From: Pachysolen tannophilus NRRL Y-2460
Taxonomy: Eukaryota
Reading direction: 5' to 3'
NCBI GenBank assembly: GCA_001661245.1
Contig: KV454016.1
Location: 928,268-992,267 of the forward strand
DNA: 64,000 nt
Positions 53,070 to 64,000 of this stretch are shown here, in pieces. The position numbers and the translations under genes were made by a program. Position 1 is the stretch's first letter. Each line of letters begins with the position of its first letter. The notes under the pieces were generated by a model. It worked only from the letters and a program-made list of their open reading frames with translations, did no database searches and was not told where the DNA came from.

Positions 53070-53507
53070 TCATAATGTACGTCTTGTAAATTAGCTTGTA
53101 TATAAATAAATGAATTATAAAATAGCACTATCTAGTTAATGTACAATTAAACCTTAATTATATCAATAGTTTAAAAGAATAGATTAAGTTTTATTAAATG
53201 ACAATTTATTAAGAAAAATATTACCACGTATTTTTTTATAAATAAATCCAACTAACGGAAAAACAACTAAAATAATAAAACGCAAATTAAAATACAAAAA
53301 AAAAAAAAAAGTATAAGAAGGACAAAACAGTTTGTTCCATAAATTTCCCACTTCAAAGATGAAAAAAAATGAGTTCTGTCATATGACAGTATTGATATTA
53401 AATAAAGGGATATAGCCGAATATAGCTAAAGTGAAAAAAAAAAAAAATTCAAGACAACGTAACGGAAGGGACAAATCAGACAAAATAAAAGAAAGCAAAA
53501 TCTAAAA

Positions 53508-56500
53508 TCATGAAGATTCGTATTGTTCCCAATTATCTAAAATAGCTTTGATTTTATCAGATTTAGTCAAATTATAAACATCTTCAAAGTATTCTTTTGT
53601 GATAGCAAATGTTTTAGCGGTTAAATTAGGAATATATTTACCAATCAAGTTGGCAGGTTTGACAGCAGATCTTGGGATCTTTTTGACCAAGAATCTTTGG
53701 AATGGCTTGACACCAGATCTCAAATATGATGAATGGAATGGAACAGAAATACCCTTCAATGGAATACAAGCAAATCCTCTTTCCAACTCAATTGGTTGAG
53801 GTTTAGCTGATGATTTTTTGCTGACCTCGTCAACAATTTCACTTAAATGTTCCGCGACTTTCTCAACAGACATCATCTCTTGTAATTTGACAATATCAAT
53901 TTTTTGTAATTTGAAGACATTCAATACATTTGTTAATGTATCCAATGCTCTCAAATCACCGGCAGTAACATATTGAGTATTTTCAACGTTGTAGTTAACA
54001 ATTTCTAATAACCATTCAGTTTGTTTTGCTATATGCTCAACAACAAATCTCAATGCGGCATCATTAAATGTTGGTGAAATTCTTGATGGATTGACTGCAC
54101 ACATACCATAGTTAGACCTACCCAATTCATCTCTTGGGACAGCAACTTGCATAGTCATACCACGGTAGAAGACAACATCAACTAATGATTCAATAGGCAT
54201 AACATCACCTAAGGAAGCCAAAGCCGAATACTCACCTAAAGAATGTCCAGCAAACATTGACTCTGCAGGAACCAATCCTTTAGATTTCATATCTTCAAAT
54301 GACGCTTTTTCCATTAATGTTAAAGCAGGTTGAGTGAATTGAGTTGCAGATAACAAACCAGTTGGCGATACAAAAGTGTATGATGTGGTCTCATCAGTAA
54401 TTTCTTTAAAAATCTTTTCGGATTTCAATTCACCATCGGCTGCAATTGTTTCGAACATCATGCTCTTATAGTTTTCTCTTATAGCGCGACCTTTGGCACC
54501 ACCGAAATGAATTGTCAATTCGTTTGGATTATTAGTGACAATATCAATGATCGAGAAACCGTAGTTGTTGATAAAGTGTTGGTCTGCTTTATCCCAAACT
54601 TCACGAGCAACATCTGAGCTATTATATAAGTCCATACCCATACCTTGCTCTTGCGAACCTTGTCCAGTAAAAACAAACGTAGAAACTGGTTGTTCAATTT
54701 CGGCTTCACCAATGAGGACACTTTCTGCTGTTTCAACCTTCTTAGTTACGATTTTTACAATCTTTCTACCGTTGATCATACCAACATGTTCCAACTTAGT
54801 TTCCAATAAGTCGTTTGGTAAAACCATTCCGACAAATTCAGCCTTGAAAGCACGTACCCTGTGTGAAATGTTATTAGCGGCAAACTGCTCAACTAATGCT
54901 CTGACAGCAGCTGAGGAGTACATACCATGAGTGATGGTACCCGGTAAATTAGCATAAGCTGCAAATACTCTAGATACATGAATTGGATTGTAATCACCAG
55001 ATACAGCAGCATATGGTTCATTGGTAATTGGTGCTTTTGAAGATAATTCATGACTAGCAGAAATCGGAATAGCATTTTCAAAACTAATTGGCTGTTCTAT
55101 TGTGGAACCATTTCTAGTCAAATAGCCCATAACTGGATTACCGTGAGATTCACCAGCTTCGTAAACGATTTCACCAATTTGCTTAATTTCCTTTGAAGGT
55201 AATTCCAATAAGACTTGACCGGTAGTTTTAACGGACGAGAAAATAGTCTGGTTCTTGAAAGTGACAAAAGATTTACATCTGAAATTCAATGTTTGATTAA
55301 GTAAATCGACTTCTTCATCCAAATGAAACCATTCTTTAGATCTTAAGACTGCCACTTCTCTTTCAGATTTTAAAATAACTTGGTATGGTGTTTCAGTTGT
55401 CTTTTGGAATGAGTCTTCAAAATCTTCATACTTTCCACGGTAGAAGAACTGCGAGGTGACCTCCATTACTGGCTTTCCAGATCTAAGAATAACACCTAAA
55501 ACTTCAACCATCTTACCCGTTTCCTGGTTGATAACAGCCTTTATCTCGGCAAATGAACTGACTTTATCTCCAGCTTTCAAAGGAGAAGCACCCGGAATGA
55601 TTCTGTAACCATTTGATAAGTGAACTAATTTTAACAAATCACCATCAACATTCTTCGGGAAGATAGCTTTCATAATGGCCTTCCAACCAATGACAATTGC
55701 AAAATCCATTGGAGCTAAAGTTTCCTTACCTTCTCTTGGAACAAAGTCTTCACAGGAATTACCAATAGCATGTGTAAATTCAGTGATTGCTTGCTGAGTG
55801 ATTTCAATTTCACCACCTTCAATAGGTTTCATAACATCAATGTCTAATTCGACTGGAACAGAGCTACCAAACCAAAGCTTCCAATAGAATTCTTTAATTC
55901 TATCATTTCTATTATCCATGATTTCCAAAATTGGTGCAAAACCATCGGAAGGCTTGTAGTTGTACAATAATTCCAAAGAGATTGGCTTACCGTCGGCAGT
56001 TCTATGTTCAATCAAATCAAATTTGATTTGAGTAGAATCAATCGTCTTGATTGATATAACAGGCCTGAGTGAACCTTGTAATGGTTCTAAAGCAGTAATA
56101 ACTGTCTTTAATGGATCACTTGGATGTGAAATTTCAACAACCAAGTCTTTAGTTGGTGCCAATGTTGAGTGTACTGGATTAGGGACAAAATTGTGACCTT
56201 GAACTAATCTTTCTGCAGTCATCAAAGCGCTTCTCCAACTCATTTCTTTACCAGCCAACAAGTTGAACCATTCTGAAGATTCTGGTACATTAGATCCAAT
56301 AGTGTATGTAACTTTATCTTTAGAGTCCTCAATTGAAACTCCTGGGATTGATGAAACAGGAGTAATTGGAGCACCACCAAAGTATTCAACAACTGGAATA
56401 GCAGATTGATCACCGTTGTAGAATTCTTCAAGTAATTTATTAATGTGACCGTTGTGAATAGAATCCAAGATTTCCTTAATTGGCTCATCAACTTTGTTGG

Positions 56501-59500
56501 TAAACTGAGCAGCAACTGGACCATGCAAAATACATGTTCTTTGAACGTCTTCATCAACAACAGCCTCCAAATCTTCAGATTGCCATAAAGAATCCTTTTT
56601 GAAATAAACCTCAAATCTTTCATCCAAAACTGGAACAAAAGGAACCGGTTTTTGAACTGGATTTTGACAGCATAACAAGAAAAATTCACAATCTTGAGCG
56701 TTAACCAATTGCTTCTTTGCTTCAGGATATTTATCCAAGACTGCTTTAAGGGCTTCATCTGGATTTTCCAATTGAGCAAAACTTTGAATAATTGCTTCTG
56801 ATTCAGGTTTCTCAGTAAATCTTTCTTCAACTCTTCTCAATAAAGTTCCAGTTAAGTTTCTCAAAGAAACATCAATCCAACGTTTTGATTTTCTTATATA
56901 CATCAACTCAACTAATCTTTCGCAAAGTTCTTGGTAAGTCATTTCATCCAAGTCACAAGGACCATTAGCATTCTTACCAAACCATGGTTTTTGAAAATCA
57001 GAATTCAATTTTTCAATAATGTATGCTCTTTTCTTTTTCAAAGCCTCTAATAATTTATTCTTTGGTAAGTTGAAGATAGTGTCATCTAATTCCTTCCATA
57101 ATTTAACACCACGAGTAGCAATTTTATGGATTGGTTCACCCATTTCAGATCTAACTGTAATAATTCCACCAGTTGGCTTCTTATAAGTTTGTTCCCATTT
57201 AGAATCTGGAACACCAGAACACTCTGCAATAGCTTTCTTTGCATTTGGTGAAGTACAAGCCTCCAAAGCAACCATTACTCTGGAACCAAATAAGACACCA
57301 TCAAATGGCATTTCTGGATAGTTGAACTTTGTTGCCCAACTACCAGTCAAGTAAGGATATGTATCTTCTGCAGAACCAAAACCGGAACCTGCAATCAAAA
57401 TGATATTTGGACATCTTCTAATCTTAGAATACATTTGTAAGATTGGTTGATGGAAATCTTCAAATGAGTGGTGACCACCACCTCTTCCACCAGTCCATTG
57501 AAGTACAATAGGGAAGTTTGGATGAGCTTTAGCAATGGTGATACATTGGCTAATAGCATCGACAGAACCTGGTTTCAATCCTAAATGGGTCAATCCCAAA
57601 GTTTCGATATATTCGGTTGCAACTTCTAAAGAAGGAACACCAGCACCAATCGACATCGATTGAATAGGTAAACCTTTACTTCTCATTTCCTTAATTAAAG
57701 GAATACCCCATTGTAACATTCTTGGATTAACATAGATTAAATTTAAACCAATACCAGCACCTGGGGCAATTTTTGAAACAACATTTTGCAAAGCGGCTTC
57801 CATACCTGGAGCATGGAAATAACCACCACCAGCTAACTCAATGTGATAACCAGCGTTAATTGTTGCAGCAACAAAATCTGGGCTAACTGTGGTAGGAGTC
57901 ATACCTGGAACCATTAATGGAGCTTTACCTAATAATCTAGAGAATTTTGTATCAACATATACTTTTCCGGCTTTAGTTTTAACCAATTTTGGTTTAAATT
58001 CAGTTAACCAATTTGGAGAATATCTTACCGATTCGGAAGTTAAATCAAAAATTTCTTGCTTATAACCAAATTCTGAATCTTCTGGTTCTGTATCTAAGAC
58101 ACCAGCAATAATGACTCTTACACCGGTACCATCTTTATTTCTATGTGTTAATGCTCCAAGACCGGATGCACCACCCGGACCAAAATCCAACAAATGTGTT
58201 GATTTAAATTGAGTAGCTGCTTCCCAGTTAACAGGTAATTGGGTAATACATTCAACTAATCTTGCAGCAATTGAACCTTGGTAATCTTTTAAATTTTTAC
58301 CGTCACAAGTATCAAAGACAGGAATTTTTAAATCCGATGATTTAAACTCTAAACCAGAGGCTTGTAAATCGGCAATAATTTTATCTGTAGCTGGAGCTAA
58401 CAAATGTGAATGAAATGGAGATGAAATTGGTAAAAATCTATTTGAAAATTTCAATTTTCTTTCACTGAATGGAATTCTAGATTGATCCAAACCAGATGGA
58501 GCTTTTGCTTTTCTTAAAGTTAAATTTAAACCGTATAAAGATTGAGGTGGTCCTGTTACAACCAAATTTCTAGCACCATTAATTAAAGAAATGTCAATAT
58601 GTTTTTCTTTTGGTAAATGATGATTTGTTTCGTCAACAAATTTTTTCACTTGTTCATATGATAAATCTCTAATGGATAACATTGGAGAAGGTTTACCTTC
58701 AGAGTTTTCAGCTGAATCTTGCAAGACTGTAGGTGGTAATGAAGTTGTTGGATAAGTTTGTAAGCATCTTACTCCGATAAAGAACAACAATTCAACAGCT
58801 TGTAATGCCAAATTTTCAAATGATTCCCATGAATCAGCAGCAGCCACAACTACTGCAGTGACTAAACCTTGTGAATGACCTGTTGCACCAGCCAACAAGT
58901 TTCTTAAACGTCCTGGTGATATATCCAATACTTTACATGTGACAACGTAATGACAAAGTTGAATGACGCAAATTAAAGGGCATGAAACTGGAATAGAAAG
59001 TAAATAATCAACATCTGGAGTTTGTTCAGGGTTTTCTAACCAATTAACCAAATCCAATCCTTGGGTATAAACTCTATTAGTACCATTAGTAGTTTTAATT
59101 AATGATTGTAATCTTTCTTGTGCTTTTTCAATGAAATTTGAAACCAATCCATTATATACATTGTATAAATCTCTTAATTCTTCAAAATAATCATCTGTAT
59201 TACCTTGTCCACCAAAAATTGCATGTACAACAGCATCACGTTTTTCAACAGCTTTAAATAAAGCTGAATTAATTTTATCATTTGATTCATTAATTCCAAA
59301 TTGATCATTTAAAATCACTTTACCCAAATAATAATTTTTAATTAAATTTACTTTAATTTTATATAGTGTTGTTGGAAATCTATCATCTTCTAATAATTTA
59401 GCAGCATATGAATGAATATCTTCACCTTGTAAAAATTTTGCATCAAATTCATGGAAAAGCAAAGAAATAGCATCATTTTTTTCTTGTTTATCAATATTTG

Positions 59501-59705
59501 CTCTAGCAACATATCCTAAAAATTTAATTAATAATTCTGATTTTGAAGATGGTTCTTCATCACTAGCAAATCCTTCTGTTACCTCAGGAAGAGATTTACT
59601 AAACCCATATTTCAATTGTTGGTAAAAAATATAATTTTCTGTTGGAATCAATATTGAAGTTTCAATAGACCCATGATTTAATACCAAAGACCTTGGAGCT
59701 GACAT
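53508..59705 (-). CDS. FAS1: Fatty acid synthase beta subunit
   Basis: [37 protein letters not shown]; 2065 aa. Confidence 0.99.
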   Translation of the reverse strand: MSAPRSLVLNHGSIETSILIPTENYIFYQQLKYGFSKSLPEVTEGFASDEEPSSKSELLIKFLGYVARANIDKQEKNDAISLLFHEFDAKFLQGEDIHSYAAKLLEDDRFPTTLYKIKVNLIKNYYLGKVILNDQFGINESNDKINSALFKAVEKRDAVVHAIFGGQGNTDDYFEELRDLYNVYNGLVSNFIEKAQERLQSLIKTTNGTNRVYTQGLDLVNWLENPEQTPDVDYLLSIPVSCPLICVIQLCHYVVTCKVLDISPGRLRNLLAGATGHSQGLVTAVVVAAADSWESFENLALQAVELLFFIGVRCLQTYPTTSLPPTVLQDSAENSEGKPSPMLSIRDLSYEQVKKFVDETNHHLPKEKHIDISLINGARNLVVTGPPQSLYGLNLTLRKAKAPSGLDQSRIPFSERKLKFSNRFLPISSPFHSHLLAPATDKIIADLQASGLEFKSSDLKIPVFDTCDGKNLKDYQGSIAARLVECITQLPVNWEAATQFKSTHLLDFGPGGASGLGALTHRNKDGTGVRVIIAGVLDTEPEDSEFGYKQEIFDLTSESVRYSPNWLTEFKPKLVKTKAGKVYVDTKFSRLLGKAPLMVPGMTPTTVSPDFVAATINAGYHIELAGGGYFHAPGMEAALQNVVSKIAPGAGIGLNLIYVNPRMLQWGIPLIKEMRSKGLPIQSMSIGAGVPSLEVATEYIETLGLTHLGLKPGSVDAISQCITIAKAHPNFPIVLQWTGGRGGGHHSFEDFHQPILQMYSKIRRCPNIILIAGSGFGSAEDTYPYLTGSWATKFNYPEMPFDGVLFGSRVMVALEACTSPNAKKAIAECSGVPDSKWEQTYKKPTGGIITVRSEMGEPIHKIATRGVKLWKELDDTIFNLPKNKLLEALKKKRAYIIEKLNSDFQKPWFGKNANGPCDLDEMTYQELCERLVELMYIRKSKRWIDVSLRNLTGTLLRRVEERFTEKPESEAIIQSFAQLENPDEALKAVLDKYPEAKKQLVNAQDCEFFLLCCQNPVQKPVPFVPVLDERFEVYFKKDSLWQSEDLEAVVDEDVQRTCILHGPVAAQFTNKVDEPIKEILDSIHNGHINKLLEEFYNGDQSAIPVVEYFGGAPITPVSSIPGVSIEDSKDKVTYTIGSNVPESSEWFNLLAGKEMSWRSALMTAERLVQGHNFVPNPVHSTLAPTKDLVVEISHPSDPLKTVITALEPLQGSLRPVISIKTIDSTQIKFDLIEHRTADGKPISLELLYNYKPSDGFAPILEIMDNRNDRIKEFYWKLWFGSSVPVELDIDVMKPIEGGEIEITQQAITEFTHAIGNSCEDFVPREGKETLAPMDFAIVIGWKAIMKAIFPKNVDGDLLKLVHLSNGYRIIPGASPLKAGDKVSSFAEIKAVINQETGKMVEVLGVILRSGKPVMEVTSQFFYRGKYEDFEDSFQKTTETPYQVILKSEREVAVLRSKEWFHLDEEVDLLNQTLNFRCKSFVTFKNQTIFSSVKTTGQVLLELPSKEIKQIGEIVYEAGESHGNPVMGYLTRNGSTIEQPISFENAIPISASHELSSKAPITNEPYAAVSGDYNPIHVSRVFAAYANLPGTITHGMYSSAAVRALVEQFAANNISHRVRAFKAEFVGMVLPNDLLETKLEHVGMINGRKIVKIVTKKVETAESVLIGEAEIEQPVSTFVFTGQGSQEQGMGMDLYNSSDVAREVWDKADQHFINNYGFSIIDIVTNNPNELTIHFGGAKGRAIRENYKSMMFETIAADGELKSEKIFKEITDETTSYTFVSPTGLLSATQFTQPALTLMEKASFEDMKSKGLVPAESMFAGHSLGEYSALASLGDVMPIESLVDVVFYRGMTMQVAVPRDELGRSNYGMCAVNPSRISPTFNDAALRFVVEHIAKQTEWLLEIVNYNVENTQYVTAGDLRALDTLTNVLNVFKLQKIDIVKLQEMMSVEKVAEHLSEIVDEVSKKSSAKPQPIELERGFACIPLKGISVPFHSSYLRSGVKPFQRFLVKKIPRSAVKPANLIGKYIPNLTAKTFAITKEYFEDVYNLTKSDKIKAILDNWEQYESS

Positions 59706-59709
59706 TTTC

Positions 59710-59801
59710 CTATAATAAAAAAAAAAAAAAAAAAGAAATAGTTAGTATATGACGATGATGAACGAACAAAAAAAAAAAAAAAAAAAAAAACAAAAACTTA
59801 C
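59710..59801 (-). other. 5'-UTR intron of FAS1 (92 nt)
   Basis: GTAAGT (59801) ... TACTAAC (59747-59741) ... poly-T ... TAG (59710), then GAAA-ATG. No ATG is visible in the adjacent upstream exon. Confidence 0.85.
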
Positions 59802-60780
59802 TATTATATCAAATGTAAATTAAAGGATATTATATTATATTATATTATTAGAACTTGGTAATTTGAGCGAATGGCTAATTGGTATATTAAAAATTTCTAT
59901 TATGATTTCTTAGCTCAAGTCAAATCAAGTCAATCAAACTGTGTAAAAAAAAAAATATAAATATAAATATATATATATATAAATATATTGGCAATGAAAA
60001 ATAAGGAATAACAAATTAATAAAATACGTGGTTTGAAAAAAATTAACTTGAAATAACTTATTGGAATTAGCGCCAATGATTTATATATTTATATAATAAA
60101 TACACAATTATTAATTATATATATATATATATATATATTTACAAATTTATATATAATATTTGATTATAATAATAACTATTAGTAGATCTTATAAAAAAAA
60201 AAATATATATATGAAAATTAATTAAGTAGTAAAAAAAAGCACAACAATCGAATTTTTCAATTTCCTAATTTAGCGCCAACGCCAAAGAGCAACAAACTAT
60301 TTACAAAATATTTTTAAAACCAATTTTGAAATTTTTTCTACCCAACAAAAGAAACCCAAATTTTTTTTTTTTTTGAGTTTTTTTGAGTTTTTTTGAGTTT
60401 TTTTTTTTGAGTTTTTAAAGTTTTTAAAGTTTTTAAAGTTTTTCTTACGTAAGGAATGGGTTTGCATTAGTGTATTGGGCACACTACCTAAGAACCGAAA
60501 AAAATATAAAAAAAAACCACCACCCCAGAGTTTGGGTGGAATTAAAAAAATAAAAAAATAAATCAATAAAAGGGGGGGCTGCAATGCCCGGAAGAAATAA
60601 ATATGAAAAAAAATTAAAAGAAGTAAACTTAACTGTACCTCCTACACCAAAAAAGGGAATGAAAGAGGGAAAAGAATCATGGTCGTTTCCCCAATGCAAA
60701 TATTTCTTTGTATCTCGCGCGCTACCTTTAATTTTACACTATCTTTTTTTTTTTTTTGTATTTTTGTATATTTGTATTTT

Positions 60781-61569
60781 TCACTCTATGATATGTATAG
60801 CCATATCACTAAAAGAGTTACCATACAATTGTTCATTATTTTGTATAAATTGTAATTTTGTACATTTTGTGAAAAAACAATCTTGATAATTGTAATTTAT
60901 AGTTGGTTCTATATGTACTAAATTTTTTTTCTTTAATTTTTTCTTTGAATGATAAATTTGGAAACCATTACTTTGTTTTTCTTGTTCATTATCTTTATTA
61001 TTTTGTATACAATTTTTCAATAAAGCAATATTGGGGTATTTTTCATATAATTCATAATCTGACCATTTATCATTATATATGGAAATATCATTTGTTAACA
61101 TGAATTTAGGTTTATCTTTAATCAAAATTTCTTCAATTAAGACAATAGGTGCATGTGGCATAAAATAAAAATCCAGAAAATTTGAATTTTTATCAATTTT
61201 AAATCCTAATTTTTCAATTAAAAATTTAGAATCTAAATTTGTGAAAATAGGATCAAATATTGAAATTTTTTCACCAGATAATTGGAAAAAATCAGCTAAT
61301 AATTTAAGATAACAAAGTTGATATAACGCTGCACTATCTTGTGAAATAGAACCAATAGTTAAACATCTTATATTGGTAATTTTTGGTTCAAATTTAATCT
61401 TATTCAATATTAAAATTGTCTCTTTATAAAAAAAACTATTAGCTAATAGCTCAAGTTTATCACAAAATTCAATATACAAACTATCAATATTTTTTGTAAC
61501 TGAACAATACTTTGAATTAGACTGTGACTGCCACTTTGATCTTCTAACTACTATAAATTCTTCTGACAT
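60781..61569 (-). CDS. BER1: SRR1-domain protein Ber1
   Basis: IRCLTIGS...ALYQL...IFDPIF...FYFMPHAP...SFSDMAIH motifs. Confidence 0.85.
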   Translation of the reverse strand: MSEEFIVVRRSKWQSQSNSKYCSVTKNIDSLYIEFCDKLELLANSFFYKETILILNKIKFEPKITNIRCLTIGSISQDSAALYQLCYLKLLADFFQLSGEKISIFDPIFTNLDSKFLIEKLGFKIDKNSNFLDFYFMPHAPIVLIEEILIKDKPKFMLTNDISIYNDKWSDYELYEKYPNIALLKNCIQNNKDNEQEKQSNGFQIYHSKKKLKKKNLVHIEPTINYNYQDCFFTKCTKLQFIQNNEQLYGNSFSDMAIHIIE

Positions 61570-62058
61570 CTACTAACCTCATTTAAAATATAATCATATA
61601 AATACTATTATTATGTATATTTAAGGGCGATTTATCTCTTCTTCTTTTTTAATATCAATTTTTCTCTTTTTCTCTTTTTCTCTCTTTCTTTTCTTAAAGG
61701 GCTTTTTGAACTTTTTTTTTATTTGAAAAAAAAAAAAAAATTTTTTAACTTTTTGTTACTATGGGTTTTTATGTAGCGAGCGGTATTATTCATTTTTTTC
61801 TTTCTTTCTTTTCTTTAATTTAATTTAATTAATTAATTTAATACTTTTATCTATTTTCTTTTTTCCTTTCTTTCTGGATAATTTTTTGGGTGTATGTTTA
61901 ATCATTATCGTCATTATTAGCATATATATTAATTACAAGTCAAAGTGTCTGCATCTGTTTTAAATAATATTGAAATTGAAACTTTCAAGTCCACTATTTT
62001 GAGGCCCACGACCCCAATCCCATTACTAAATTCATTATCATTTACAAATTCTAATCAA

Positions 62059-63452
62059 ATGAGAAAGTGTAAAGTATTTGTTGGTAATTCTCATCCTGAA
62101 TTGGGAAAATTGGTATGTGAGAGGTTAGGTATTGAACCTGCACCTTGTAGGTTGAAAAAATTTGCTAATGGGGAAACATCAGTTCAAATTGATGTTTCTG
62201 TGAGAGATGAAGATGTTTATATTATTCAAAGTAGTTCACCAGATATTAATGATCATATTATGGAACTTTTAATACTTATTAGTGCTTGTAAAGGTGGATC
62301 TGCTGCAAAAATTACAGCAGTAATTCCAATGTTTCCTTATTCTAAACAATCAAAAATGAAAAAACATAGAGGTGCTATAACTGCTAGAATGTTGGCAAAT
62401 TTATTAATTATGGCAGGGGCCGATCACGTGGTTTCGATGGATTTACATGCTTCTCAAATGCAAGGTTTTTTCTCAAAACCTGTTGATAATTTATATGGAG
62501 CACCAACTTTAGCAAAATGGTTGAAATTGAATTTACCAGATTATAAAAATGCAGTTGTTGTTTCTAAAAATCCAGGTGGAACAAAAAGAGTTACAGCTTT
62601 AGCAGATTCATTAAAGATAAATTTTGCTATGATTCATACTGATCGTAGAAGAGCAAAAGATGGTTATAAAATGAAAAAAATAGATTAAAATCTAATCAAC
62701 TGCAACAAAAAGTGGTGGTTGTAGATAATAAAGGAAGTTCAAAAACAGAAAATAGTGATGGTGAAGAAGAAGATGAAAATATTATTATAACAAATGAATT
62801 ACAAACTGCTAGAATTGTTAGAGGTCATGTTGTTGAAGATGATGATATCACTTTTGCTCCTTCACTGACTACATCTACAACTTCTTTAATTACTCATGGA
62901 ACTGATTCTGCATCAACATCAATTTCAGGAAATGGTATACATCCTTCAATACTGGGAAGAAAATTAAGTACAAATTTAAATGGTATTAGTTCAACAGATA
63001 TGTCAACTTTACATAATAGTAGCTCAAGTAATTTCCATGAATCAAATTCTGATGATGATGATGAACCAGATGTATTAGCTCAAGAAAAATTGATTACATT
63101 AGTTGGAGATGTTCAAAACAAACCAGCAATAATATTAGATGATATGGTTGATAAACCAACTTCTTTTATCTCTGCTGCAGAACATTTAAGATTAAACTGT
63201 GGTGCAAATGCAGTATATATCGTGGCTACTCATGGTGTATTTTCATCTGATTGTTTAGAGAGTTTGGAAAATTGTAAATTCATTGATAAAATTGTTGTTA
63301 CCAATACTTATCCTATTAGTAAAGAACAACGCGCAAAACTGAAAAAATTGGTTGTAATCGATGTTAGTCCAATTTTTGCAGAATGCATAAGAAGAGATCA
63401 TTTCGGAGAATCTATTAGTGTTTTGTTTAATTCATTAGCCGCCATTGAGTAA
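62059..63452 (+). CDS. PRS1: PRPP synthetase Prs1, interrupted by a 1-nt frameshift at about 62670-62686
   Basis: MRKCKVFVGNSHPELG...FAMIHTDRRR (to 62688) continues in the -1 frame through the NHR insert to LITLVGDV...IILDDMVD...AECIRRDHFGESISVLF. Near FAS1, as YKL181W/YKL182W are. Confidence 0.93.
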
Positions 63453-64000
63453 TTTTTAAATATTTACTTTTTGGAAAACGGAAACCGGCGGTGAATTGCA
63501 AGGCGTTTTTTTCTGTTTTTTTTTATTTTATTATTGTGGTTTTTCTTTTATTCTTGATTTTTCATTGTTTTGTTTTTGATTATTTTATTTGCTTTTCCTT
63601 CTGATCATATTTGCTTCAATTATTTTTCATTTTTTTTTTATTCATTTTTTTATTCACACTATTCATTCACCTTTGCCTTGCCTTTGCCTTTTATTCTGTT
63701 TTATATATATTTATATATATTTATTTAATCAACTTATCGGAAAGCGACAAGAAAAAGTCAATTAAAAGATGTCCACTCATATCTATTTATAAGAGAACTC
63801 AGGGAACTGATAAACATATATATATATATAATAACGTATATTCTTAATCGTTAACAGAAAAGCAAAAACCTTAAAAGTTCAATAAAAACAGGAAAACCAA
63901 AAAAAAAAAAAAAAAAAGTACAAAGCATAAACCTATAAACTTAACTTAATCTTTAGCTTGAGCCAATGGACTTGAAATATTGACAGCAGTAAACTTCTTT

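Noticed and set aside
55440..56830. Overlapping alternative-frame and antisense ORFs in FAS1 and other long genes
   Set aside because: Shadows of codon bias with no independent protein features.
61945..62058. GTG-initiated N-terminal extension or 5'-UTR intron of PRS1
   Set aside because: Homology starts at ATG 62059. The GTATGT near 61892 has no convincing branch point plus downstream AG.
62688..62712. PRS1 as two genes or as intron-interrupted
   Set aside because: No splice signals and no ATG for the second part. A single-base indel explains it.
1..64000. Transposons, LTRs, CRISPR arrays, rRNA genes
   Set aside because: I saw no transposase, RT or integrase ORFs, long direct repeats, repeat-spacer arrays or rRNA sequence.

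Overview
AT-rich, gene-dense budding-yeast (Saccharomycotina) nuclear DNA containing about 24 protein-coding genes, several spliceosomal introns, one intronic C/D snoRNA (snR54 in the IMPDH intron) and a 484-N assembly gap. Gene order: ECM30, a secreted orphan, TSR2, calcineurin A, LOT5, SPE1, ASH1, MTR2, PUN1-like, SMA2, ECM7, ORC1, TEM1, RPS1, IMD4, SMC4, POB3, an orphan, YSH1, LSM3 (missed by the ORF track), a GFA-domain gene, NTE1, a degenerate DEAD-box protein, FAS1, BER1, PRS1. CTG codons fall where homologues have Ala, which points to the CUG-Ala clade (Pachysolen/Nakazawaea/Peterozyma; Pachysolen tannophilus is a guess). The main structural observations are two small, blunt inversions that cut through genes. 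Flipping about 5860-6429 restores both TSR2 and calcineurin A in frame, and flipping about 12597-13325 returns the missing C-terminal CxxC and 3' UTR to ASH1. PRS1 is also split by a 1-nt shortfall in an A7 run. The sequence alone cannot show whether these three are biology or assembly artefacts. All homologue comparisons are from memory, with no database searches.
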